Source of the DNA: Patescibacteria group bacterium | GTDB lineage: Bacteria > Patescibacteriota > Patescibacteriia > JAXHNJ01 | Direction of reading: 5' to 3' | Length of the DNA: 64,000 nt | Assembly: GCA_041649715.1 (NCBI GenBank) | Contig: JBAZMP010000001.1 | Span: 210,741-274,740 of the forward strand | Part shown: piece after piece, positions 25,711-34,742 of the stretch | Position numbering within the stretch: the stretch's first letter is position 1 | Layout of the letters: the number at the start of each line of letters is the position of its first letter | Notes under the pieces: generated by a model | Databases searched by the model: none | The model's input: the letters and a program-made list of their open reading frames with translations, nothing else | Told to the model about the DNA's origin: nothing | Position numbers and translations under genes: made by a program

Positions 25711-27693
25711 ATGAATAATATGAACTTAAGGAACCGTTTAATTAAATTATCTCTCGTTTTTGTCCTGATGGCGGCCGGATTTATAATTATCGGCCGGGGC
25801 AAAGCCGTCCCGGCGGATCCGGGCCAGACTTTTCTCTCGCCGCAGCTGGCCACCCTGCTTGACCCGGCCGATCTTAATCTGGAAAGTGCAAAAAAAACCA
25901 GCTGGTTTGATAACATTATCCCGACCGCCCAGGCGGCTCCGCCTTTTAGCAATGATGGCTCTAATCCGAGAAAGCTGACCATTTACGGCGGGGTGCTGAC
26001 GATTGTCAACGGTACTTCAAACGTGACGCACGCCCTGGAAATCGGACAGGAACGCCTGGGGGCGCAATCCCTCGAAGGCAAGGGATTGGCTTTGGCGACC
26101 ACTGGTAATCTGTATCTTGTCCCCAATGCCTCACAGGATCTTTACGTCAGTCCGGAAAATCCTCCTCGCGATTTCGCCACCACCACCCTGAATTCCTTGT
26201 ATATCGGCGAAAGGCCCAATGAATCAAATCTAACCGTTGACCGAAGGGACTGGGAGGCGAAAGTCAATGCCAATAATAAAGTCGGCATTTACGCCAACAA
26301 CCCAGGCGCTGATTACGCCCTTTACGTCGAACAGCACTGGGCCAATAACCGCGGCGGCGGTGTGAACATTTACGCCGACAACAGCCCTTTAGCTACTTTA
26401 AGGGCGGTCAACCGCTACGGCAGCGGCTACAGCGGTTATTTTTTAGGGAAAACATATATCAGTAAACCATATAATAAAAGCGGATTGACCCCGCCGGAAC
26501 ATGAAGCCCTGACTGATTTCAACACCAATGCCACTTTGGTAGTGAGGAATAAAGAGGGTGGCAATATCGCCAATGATGATTTAAGTAAAGGCAGTCTCGG
26601 CGACGCTATCTATGCGATCGCTAACAGCGCCAATGCGGCTATCTCCGCCAGTCAGATCGGCACCGGCTACGCCGGGTATTTTTCCGGCCGGGTTTACGCA
26701 ACTCCGAAGCTGGTAGTTAATCGGGATGGGATTTTTGACCTCGGCACGGATAATGACGCGGTATATATTCGGGCGAATAACAACACTAGCGGCGTTACCG
26801 GGGCAGCTTTGCGAGTGGTTCAGGATTTTGCCGGGAGTCGAGCTGCTTGGTTTTCTGGCAACGTGTACATGTATAAAGGTTCAACGCTAGCCGGTCGGAC
26901 GGAATTAGAAGCCCGCAACGTAATGCTAAAAGTAAATACGTCAGAGGGCCGGGCGAATCTAGTTGGTATAACCAGCCTTGAATCAAAAGTTGGTGACGGC
27001 GGCACTGCGATAAAAGGTACTCTTGACACAGTTGCCGATGGCAAAGCCATCTCCGGAGAAGTGACATCCACTGTTCAAGATTCATCCAATCCTGGCATTT
27101 ATGCCGGTTATTTTAAATGTCCTTCAGGATTATTTACTTATACCAAGCGTTGCCAGGCGGGTTATTTTGAGGGCCCCGTTGGAGTATTTATACCCCCTTC
27201 TTACTCATTGGGAGCGACGACAACTGGTCTGAATATTCTTAATGCAGAATACCGCAGGCCCATAGGCCTTAACGTGGAAGTAGGCACTTCTTCCTGGACT
27301 TCTGACGGTCCTTTATATGGCATCCGCGTGGTGACTGGAAATCATGATAACAGCGGCGGCACTAATTTATATAATTACGGCATATGGTCTGAAGTCGGCA
27401 GCGCGGGCACGTCCGGCACTCGCGCCAGCTACGCTCTATACGCGAAAGCAACCGGGCTTTCTCATGTTGCCTATGCCGGTTATTTTGAGGGCGATGTCAA
27501 CGTGACCGGTAATTTAACCCACGCCGGTAATAAGGTATTGGACAGAAGTTGTTTTCTGACGAGTAATGAATATGGCGCAGGTATACAAAATCCCTGCCCA
27601 ATAGATTGCGGTGCTGGCAATACCGCTGTGAGCCGAGTCAATGTGTCTAGTTTTGATAATTATACCTGTGTCGCCATTTGTTGCCCGACTTAA
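25711..27693 (+). CDS. Secreted beta-repeat fibre-like protein
   Basis: Signal peptide; recurring Y(A/S)GYF.G / AIYA / GIYA motifs; small terminal Cys domain ending VAICCPT. Confidence 0.7.
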   Translation: MNNMNLRNRLIKLSLVFVLMAAGFIIIGRGKAVPADPGQTFLSPQLATLLDPADLNLESAKKTSWFDNIIPTAQAAPPFSNDGSNPRKLTIYGGVLTIVNGTSNVTHALEIGQERLGAQSLEGKGLALATTGNLYLVPNASQDLYVSPENPPRDFATTTLNSLYIGERPNESNLTVDRRDWEAKVNANNKVGIYANNPGADYALYVEQHWANNRGGGVNIYADNSPLATLRAVNRYGSGYSGYFLGKTYISKPYNKSGLTPPEHEALTDFNTNATLVVRNKEGGNIANDDLSKGSLGDAIYAIANSANAAISASQIGTGYAGYFSGRVYATPKLVVNRDGIFDLGTDNDAVYIRANNNTSGVTGAALRVVQDFAGSRAAWFSGNVYMYKGSTLAGRTELEARNVMLKVNTSEGRANLVGITSLESKVGDGGTAIKGTLDTVADGKAISGEVTSTVQDSSNPGIYAGYFKCPSGLFTYTKRCQAGYFEGPVGVFIPPSYSLGATTTGLNILNAEYRRPIGLNVEVGTSSWTSDGPLYGIRVVTGNHDNSGGTNLYNYGIWSEVGSAGTSGTRASYALYAKATGLSHVAYAGYFEGDVNVTGNLTHAGNKVLDRSCFLTSNEYGAGIQNPCPIDCGAGNTAVSRVNVSSFDNYTCVAICCPT

Positions 27694-27734
27694 ATTTTGT
27701 CTTTGATTTATAAATAAGAAACAAATAGTATTTG

Positions 27735-30700
27735 ATGCCTAAGCTAATCCGCGAAAATCCCGCTTATTTCATCGTTCCGATTTTTGTCCTGATCATCGGC
27801 GCCGTGTTTTTTTTCGCGGAAAAAGGCGGCCAGGCCAAGGAGTGGGAGCGCCTGGCCTCGCCGGCCGGTTTCACCCAGGGTCGGCTTAGCGGTATTACCG
27901 CCTACTATGACACTTCTAGCAACCGTTTAATGCTTTGGGCGATGGGTGGCGGTTATATCGGGGGGGTATCCCACCCCTCTGGTATGCCGGACGTCGCAGC
28001 CATTCTTTCTTATGATAGCCTAAGTGGGGACTGGAAGGGCCTGCAAGCGAATAATTCCGGTTTGATAAACGCTGTTTCTAATTATGACCCTTTAAGCAAA
28101 TATACCTATGCGGTGGGAGACCAGGGAACAATCCTTATGAAAGTCAGTCTTACGAGTGAGTGGCAGATATATCACGAATATAACAATGGTTCAGGCTGGT
28201 TTCTTGACCCGTTGAATGGAGACATGTCTTACGCGACACCAATTCCCGTTGAGAATGATAACCTGACCGATGTCAGTTTTTATAGCTCTGGTGACAGCAG
28301 TAATTTTAGTGTTAATGCCTGGGCGACTGGCTATAACTATCAAACTAAAAAGGGAAATATCTTTAAAACAACCAGTTCTCTAGGGATAAAATGGGTAAAT
28401 GACCTAAGTAATGTTGGCTTTCCTTTGCTCGGCCTCCAAATGATTAAAGAGGGCACTAGTTGGGCGGTGGGGGCGAACCACACTATTTATAAGTATTCGG
28501 GGGGCGCTTGGACGGAATACACCGCGACTGATCTGTCTTCCTTAAACTTCGACTCTTGCACAGAAAGCGGCAATAATGACTTTTGCTCCGGAAATCCCTC
28601 ATGGTCGTGCGTCGCCGGTTCAGCTTTAGCCACCGAAGACTGCATCATCGATTTTGAGGATGTCTATTTTACCGATAATAGCCACGGCTGGATCCCGATC
28701 TCTAGCAAAAAATACCTTTATTATAATGGAGCCAGCTGGCAAATAAGGTCAACTCTCCGGCCAGGAAGCGAGCCGGAAGTAAAAATGCACGCGGTGGCCG
28801 GCGGTCTGGACAATAATGTCCCTTATATTTGGTTTTCCGGCCAGGCGGGCATGACTATTTTCGCTCCCAACGCCACGGAGGCTGTTGATCACTGGTTGCG
28901 GCAGTCAACGCCGAATCTAGACACCGGCCGTTTGAACAATCTTTTTGTCCTTGATTCAACCCATGCCTGGTCAGCCGGTTATTTTAATACGGCCGGTCAG
29001 CTGCTCAGCGATAATATAGTCCTGAAGCTTTCTTCGGGCAATACGGCCGGCTACGCATATATCGGGGCGGATAACTGCGAAAATACCTGTATTGATAGCG
29101 TTGCCGGCGGCGCCTGCCAAACTGATCCTTCCGCCATAAATTGTCCATCTTCCGGCCTGCCCCGTCAGGCGCCTTTGGGCTGGGTGAGTTTTAACTGCGT
29201 CAATAATGGATCCTGCGAAAGCAATCCCTTTATTTACGGCGTGGATTTGAAGAAAGAGACAGAAACGACGGATCCAAATGATTCCTGCGTTAACAAGGAT
29301 CCCGACCCCAGTTTTCAGGATAAAGACGTTGGCGCTCTTTCCGGTCAGGCCTGGCTCGGGGTGACCGATCCCGACGAACGCAGTGACGACACCTGCGCTT
29401 TAGACGTTTGTTCAAACAATAATCAGAAGTCTTGTGATGATGACGATGACTGCGCTTTGTGCGGGAATAACCCGGCGAGTTGTTTTTCCCCGGGCTGGCT
29501 TTCTTTCGACCGGAATGAAACCAGTAATCCACCCAGTTCGCCATATATAGCAACTATGTCGCCTTTTTATACGCCTTGCGGAAAACCTATCACTGTCTTT
29601 GATTACGAAAAATACGCCATGGCCTTTTTTAGTTATGAGGATTACGCCGTGAGAGGGTGGGGGAAGTTCAAGCTCGGGCAATGTTCTGGTAATTTAAGCA
29701 AGTCTTGTTATAAAGACGGGGATTGCGAGTCGGGCGATACCTGCAGATTTGATTTTAACGGTATTCATTACTGCAGTTTGGATAGCAGCCTAAGATGTTC
29801 GACTAGCGCTGAATGCGCGGCACAGGGCAAGGGCATTTGTGATCAAACCGCCCAAGGCTGGCTTAAATTAAGGGGCGGAAAAAATTACAGCCTCGACAGT
29901 CCCAATGGCGAGCCGCCTCCAATTACGGCGCCGACCAACCGGTATATTTACCATAATTGTAATGCCTGCACCTTAGTTGATCCCAATCTCGTCACGGCTT
30001 ACATGACCTGTAAAATCTGCGATGGCTTGAATATTGATGGCACGGCCGCAAATTACGCCTGTAATAAATGCGGTGAAGGCTCAAACAGGTGCGGCGACGG
30101 CCGTTGCGATAATAATACTTTAAAAGTCTGCGTTCAAAATTCAAATTCCAGCCTAGACTCTTGTAAGCCAGGAGGCACCTGCCAGCCAAGCGGTTATTGT
30201 TCCGCCGGCTCGGGAGCCCTGGCCTATAAACCTTGCGCCGCCAAAAATGGCCATTGCGGCACCGACGGCATTTGCCAGCGGGGTTATTGCTCGGCTGGAT
30301 CAAGCAACAGATATAATCCCTGTTATAATGATGAAGATTGTCCGAGTGGTTCGTCATCCGGCTACTGCGAAATTAAGAATCCGGTCACCTGCAATCAGTG
30401 CGCTTCCTGCGATGCTTACGGCGTTTCCGTGGATATCAATGCCGGTAATTTTTACGGCTACGCTTGGTCGGAGGATTTCGGCTGGGTGGATATGTCGCGC
30501 GTCACTTTGGGCGGGGCGGCCTGGTTGCAGACGCTCTTCGGCGATATTTACGGCCAGCAAGGGGTGGGTTCGACGAAGACGGCGAAAGCGCCGTGCGCGG
30601 CAAACACCTATAACGCCACTTATTTGATTTTAGCCGGTGAGGCCGGCAAGATTGTTAACTTCTGTACCGAGTCTATTTCTTCTTCGGCTGAAGGGGAAAG

Positions 30701-31427
30701 CAACAGATTGGTTCCTTCCGTCGGTCAGCCGCAGTCTACGGCAAACCCTTGGCTGGTGGAGCAATATCGTAAATTTACCCTGCCGAATGCCAGCTTGCCC
30801 AATAGTATCCTTGGCCGGGTGGATTATAATAATATGAAAAAAGATTGCGGCGCGCTCGGCACATATTATGACGGAGATCTGACTTTGATCGGGGGCACGT
30901 ATTTTGATATTGCCAACGGATTAGCCGGCAAGACTTATTGTGTTCGTAAAGCGGAGGGTCACAACGGTGATTTTACTATCTCTATTCCCCTGACCTTTAA
31001 TAATGCCAAAAATACGGTTACCGACGGTTCGGGACTTTTTGTCGTTGACGGCAATTTAAATATCCAAAACAATATAAAATATATGGATAATGAAGCGGCC
31101 ATAACCAATCTGAAAAAATTAGCTTCGGTCGCCTTTTACGTCAAAGGAGATATCTATATCAGCCCGACGGTTGACACCCTTGTCGGCACCTATTATGCGG
31201 AAGGAAAAATAATCACCCAAAGCATGGGTTCCGCCGATAAAAAACTGACGGTTTACGGGACAATGATTGCCCGCGAGTTTGATCTTGGCAGGCGGTATAA
31301 AGGTACGATCTCCAATCCTCAGCCCTCAGAGCTCTTTATTTATGACGGACGCGTGCAACTGAATCCGCCGCCGGGTTTCCGGGATTTAAGTCAGTCTTTG
31401 CCGAAAATAACAGATGTTTCTCTTTAG
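27735..31427 (+). CDS. Large secreted Cys-rich protein (propeller + disulfide knots + beta-helix-like C-terminus)
   Basis: N-terminal TM/signal, WAVG-type blade repeats, GYAWSEDFGWV-type repeats, many C..D.DC modules; immediately upstream of pilM. Confidence 0.75.
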   Translation: MPKLIRENPAYFIVPIFVLIIGAVFFFAEKGGQAKEWERLASPAGFTQGRLSGITAYYDTSSNRLMLWAMGGGYIGGVSHPSGMPDVAAILSYDSLSGDWKGLQANNSGLINAVSNYDPLSKYTYAVGDQGTILMKVSLTSEWQIYHEYNNGSGWFLDPLNGDMSYATPIPVENDNLTDVSFYSSGDSSNFSVNAWATGYNYQTKKGNIFKTTSSLGIKWVNDLSNVGFPLLGLQMIKEGTSWAVGANHTIYKYSGGAWTEYTATDLSSLNFDSCTESGNNDFCSGNPSWSCVAGSALATEDCIIDFEDVYFTDNSHGWIPISSKKYLYYNGASWQIRSTLRPGSEPEVKMHAVAGGLDNNVPYIWFSGQAGMTIFAPNATEAVDHWLRQSTPNLDTGRLNNLFVLDSTHAWSAGYFNTAGQLLSDNIVLKLSSGNTAGYAYIGADNCENTCIDSVAGGACQTDPSAINCPSSGLPRQAPLGWVSFNCVNNGSCESNPFIYGVDLKKETETTDPNDSCVNKDPDPSFQDKDVGALSGQAWLGVTDPDERSDDTCALDVCSNNNQKSCDDDDDCALCGNNPASCFSPGWLSFDRNETSNPPSSPYIATMSPFYTPCGKPITVFDYEKYAMAFFSYEDYAVRGWGKFKLGQCSGNLSKSCYKDGDCESGDTCRFDFNGIHYCSLDSSLRCSTSAECAAQGKGICDQTAQGWLKLRGGKNYSLDSPNGEPPPITAPTNRYIYHNCNACTLVDPNLVTAYMTCKICDGLNIDGTAANYACNKCGEGSNRCGDGRCDNNTLKVCVQNSNSSLDSCKPGGTCQPSGYCSAGSGALAYKPCAAKNGHCGTDGICQRGYCSAGSSNRYNPCYNDEDCPSGSSSGYCEIKNPVTCNQCASCDAYGVSVDINAGNFYGYAWSEDFGWVDMSRVTLGGAAWLQTLFGDIYGQQGVGSTKTAKAPCAANTYNATYLILAGEAGKIVNFCTESISSSAEGESNRLVPSVGQPQSTANPWLVEQYRKFTLPNASLPNSILGRVDYNNMKKDCGALGTYYDGDLTLIGGTYFDIANGLAGKTYCVRKAEGHNGDFTISIPLTFNNAKNTVTDGSGLFVVDGNLNIQNNIKYMDNEAAITNLKKLASVAFYVKGDIYISPTVDTLVGTYYAEGKIITQSMGSADKKLTVYGTMIAREFDLGRRYKGTISNPQPSELFIYDGRVQLNPPPGFRDLSQSLPKITDVSL

Positions 31428-31508
31428 GCCCCTTGTAAAAGTCAAAAAAATCTGTTATAATATAGGAGTACCTGTGATAAATAACAAAAATATAAACTAA
31501 ATCACCAT

Positions 31509-32594
31509 ATGGCCCTTTTTGGGGGTAAGAAAAGTTATCTTGGTCTGGATTTAGGCACTTCTTCCATAAAATTAGTGGAATTGGCCGCTTTTGGCACCGA
31601 GCCGCGGCTTTTGACCTATGGATTTATTGAAGAGCCGACGGACATGGTAAAAAGCGACTCGGAGCTGGCTCGGGGTCGTCTGGTCAGTTTTTTGAAACAA
31701 TTGATCAAAAAAACCAAGGTTGGGTCCAATAAAGTGGTGGCCGCTTTGCCCTCCTTTACCGTATTTTCCTCCATTATCTCCCTGCCGGCCATGTCTAAGA
31801 AAGATTTGAACGCGGCCGTGCGCTGGGAAGCGAAAAAATTCGTGCCCATGCCTCTGGAAGAAATGGTTTTGGACTGGCGGCTTCTCAAGGAGACGACAGG
31901 CGAAAAGGGCGGAGCGATGGCGGCCATGTCCATGAGATCAAGGGAAATGATCAAGAATTACCGTATCTTGCTGACCGCCGCCCCGAAAAATCTGGTCAAG
32001 CGCTATATTGAGTTATTCAAAGCCTTAAATCTGACCATCGTTAGTCTGGAAACCGAGGCTTTTGCCCTGGAAAGATCGCTGATCGGTTCCGATCCCTCGC
32101 CGATGATGATCGTGGATATCGGAGCGCTGGCCAGCGATATCAGCGTTATCTACGAAGGCGTGCCGATTTTAAACCGCGGCATTGATATCGGCGGAGAAAC
32201 GATTACCCGGGCGGTGGCGAATGCCCTGAATATTGATCTGGAAAGAGCCGAACAATTCAAGCGCGATTTTGGCTTGTCCGCCGGTTCCGGCGCGCAGGGT
32301 CAAATTCCCAAGACCATTGAATTTGTCCTTTCCTCTCTGATCAACGAGATCAGGCACGTTTTCACCCTCTACCGCAACGTGGAGGAAGCGCCGATTGAAA
32401 AAATCGTCTTGTCCGGCGGCTCGGCCTTTCTGCCCCAATTGCCGGAATATTTATCCCGTCTTTTCAACATTAAAGTGATTATCGGTGATCCCTGGTCAAG
32501 GATCGCTTACCCGGCGGAACTAAAGCCGGCCCTGGAAGAAATAGGGCCCCGATTTTCCGTGGCCGCCGGTCTGGCCATGCGGGAAATAATTTAA
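31509..32594 (+). CDS. pilM: Type IV pilus assembly protein PilM
   Basis: LGLDLGTSSIKLVEL, VDIGA, VLSGGSA, AAGLAMR. Confidence 0.93.
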   Translation: MALFGGKKSYLGLDLGTSSIKLVELAAFGTEPRLLTYGFIEEPTDMVKSDSELARGRLVSFLKQLIKKTKVGSNKVVAALPSFTVFSSIISLPAMSKKDLNAAVRWEAKKFVPMPLEEMVLDWRLLKETTGEKGGAMAAMSMRSREMIKNYRILLTAAPKNLVKRYIELFKALNLTIVSLETEAFALERSLIGSDPSPMMIVDIGALASDISVIYEGVPILNRGIDIGGETITRAVANALNIDLERAEQFKRDFGLSAGSGAQGQIPKTIEFVLSSLINEIRHVFTLYRNVEEAPIEKIVLSGGSAFLPQLPEYLSRLFNIKVIIGDPWSRIAYPAELKPALEEIGPRFSVAAGLAMREII

Positions 32595-32609
32595 ACCCAA
32601 CGATTTTTT

Positions 32610-33752
32610 ATGCCAGATATTAATTTACTAAAAGACACTCTCGCTTCGCAAGAAGAAAGAAGGAAAAAGGAGGTTTTCTCTTCCCCGGCTTTTAAAAGAC
32701 CCGAAGCCCCTCCCGAGCCTCCCGAGAACCAGCCAAAAAGTTCTTCGTTTTTTTCTTCTATTAAAAAGATTTTCTCCGGTAAGCGGCGAGATGAGGATGA
32801 AGTGACCGTGGCGCCCCTGATCAAGGCTTCAACCTACCAGCGGGAAGAATTTATGAGGACCAAAGCGACCGGTAAAGCCAAGGAGGGAAACGGCAGCCCC
32901 GAGGATATTTTTGCCGAAAAAATAACAGAGGGGGGAAATAAGCCGTTTGTTCCGCTGGCCGAGATAGTTCCGCCCGAAGAAAATATTCCGCTAAAGGCAG
33001 ATAAGAAAACGAAAAAAGAAGAAATAGAAGAGGGAAGCGGTTCATTCCTCGTCAATCTCCTGCCGGAAGAACTTATTGGCCAGGAAGCGCCGCGACAGAA
33101 ATTGATAGTTATGAGCGTTTCTTTTTTGGCCGCCGTTATGCTGATCGCGCTGGTCTATTATGTTTTATTGTTCTATCAATCAAGCATAGAAACTAAGACC
33201 GCCGAGGTGAAAACGCAAAAAATCGAGGTGACCGGTGAAATCAGTAAATATGAGAATCTCCAGAAAGAATCCATCGCTTTTAAGGGGAAAATTGACGCCG
33301 TAAGCGATCTTTTAGATACTCACATATACTGGACAAAATTTTTCGAAAAATTGGAAAACAATACCCTGCCGGACGTTTATTACAGCGGAGTTTTTAACGC
33401 CTCCAACTCCACGGTTTTATCCCTTAAAGCGGTGGCACCGGATTTTGAAACGGTGGCGAAACAGCTTTTAGTTTTTCAGAACGCGACGGATTTTGCGACG
33501 GCGGCGGAAATTACCTCGGCTCGGCGGGTGGCGGCCACTTCTTCTTCAAGTGTTTTAGCCCCGGGCGTGGTTATCGCCAGTCAGGTGGAATTTGACATTG
33601 ACCTGGTCTTAAATCCGGCAATTTTCTATAGAACCGAAAATGAGCCAGGCGAAAACACCAATACTAACAGTAATCCCCTGAATAACGCTAACGCGAATAT
33701 TAACGTCAATACTAACGTAAATTCAGCCTCTAATACTAATACTGTAAAATAG
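32610..33752 (+). CDS. PilN-like protein with extended cytoplasmic N-terminus
   Basis: INLL and VNLLP motifs, TM, coiled coil, W......L...LPDV; follows pilM. Confidence 0.75.
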   Translation: MPDINLLKDTLASQEERRKKEVFSSPAFKRPEAPPEPPENQPKSSSFFSSIKKIFSGKRRDEDEVTVAPLIKASTYQREEFMRTKATGKAKEGNGSPEDIFAEKITEGGNKPFVPLAEIVPPEENIPLKADKKTKKEEIEEGSGSFLVNLLPEELIGQEAPRQKLIVMSVSFLAAVMLIALVYYVLLFYQSSIETKTAEVKTQKIEVTGEISKYENLQKESIAFKGKIDAVSDLLDTHIYWTKFFEKLENNTLPDVYYSGVFNASNSTVLSLKAVAPDFETVAKQLLVFQNATDFATAAEITSARRVAATSSSSVLAPGVVIASQVEFDIDLVLNPAIFYRTENEPGENTNTNSNPLNNANANINVNTNVNSASNTNTVK

Positions 33753-33765
33753 TTCTCTTTAGGTT

Positions 33766-34431
33766 ATGACATTTAATTTTTCCGCAATAACTTCAAAATT
33801 GAAAAACCTGGTAAGCAAGTATTTTCGTTTTATACTTGTGATAATTATCGCTATTGTCTTGATTATCGGCTACACTTCAGTGATAAAGCCGAAGTGGTCC
33901 GAGATACAGCAAGCCGGTATTTTCGACTACAATAAGGAGAAAAAAAGTTTGGAGGAAAACAATCAGTACCTTGATCGCCTTAAAGCCTCTTTGGAAAAAT
34001 ATAATGGCATCAATAAAGCGGAAGTGGACAAGATCAGCCGGATTATCCCTTCAAGTGATTCCGTGTCCGATCTGTTCGTCCTTTTTGAAGAATTGGCCAA
34101 GACCAGCGATCTAAATTTGGACAGTATCAACATCTCATCGGCAAAAAGCCTTACCGGGGAGTCAAGCACGCCGACCGGAACTTCGCCGACCACGGAGGTG
34201 AAGGCAGTCACCCCCGCTTCAAAGAATATTTACGTTCAGGATATTGCTCTTCATCTTTCCGGGGCGAAAAATTACGAGAATCTAAAAGAATTCCTGGAGA
34301 TTTTAGAAAAGGAAATGAGACTTATTGACGTTACTTCTTTGAGCTTTGACTCCAAAAATTTTGAAAACAATGAATCTGAAAGCGATATCAGTCTGAATTT
34401 AAAGACCTATAACTATCAGGAAAAAGAATAA
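33766..34431 (+). CDS. PilO-like protein
   Basis: TM, coiled coil, IIPS, YENLKEFLEILEKEMRLIDV. Confidence 0.75.
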   Translation: MTFNFSAITSKLKNLVSKYFRFILVIIIAIVLIIGYTSVIKPKWSEIQQAGIFDYNKEKKSLEENNQYLDRLKASLEKYNGINKAEVDKISRIIPSSDSVSDLFVLFEELAKTSDLNLDSINISSAKSLTGESSTPTGTSPTTEVKAVTPASKNIYVQDIALHLSGAKNYENLKEFLEILEKEMRLIDVTSLSFDSKNFENNESESDISLNLKTYNYQEKE

Positions 34432-34437
34432 TTTTAT

Positions 34438-34725
34438 ATGGCTTTAGTCAGGAAAAAAAACTATAAGAAAATGGTCGTCTATGCGGTGATATTGGTTATC
34501 ATGATTATTGTCGGCGTTTATTTTCTTATTAATTCTACGGCTAACCCGGCTAATACGAATACCGGTGTCGGAAGCATTCCTACCGGTTACTTGCCCATCG
34601 TCAGCGATTATGGGCAGGATTTGTTCACGGACCGGGATTATCAAGATTTGGAAGATTTCGCCGGCAGTAAATTACCGCTTGATCCTGACAGTATTCAAAA
34701 AGGAAGAGAAAATCCTTTTAAATAA
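34438..34725 (+). CDS. Small membrane protein in the PilP position
   Basis: TM plus terminal GRENPF, similar to the RDPF motif of PilP. Confidence 0.6.
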   Translation: MALVRKKNYKKMVVYAVILVIMIIVGVYFLINSTANPANTNTGVGSIPTGYLPIVSDYGQDLFTDRDYQDLEDFAGSKLPLDPDSIQKGRENPFK

Positions 34726-34742
34726 TTTTTTTATAGCTTAAA

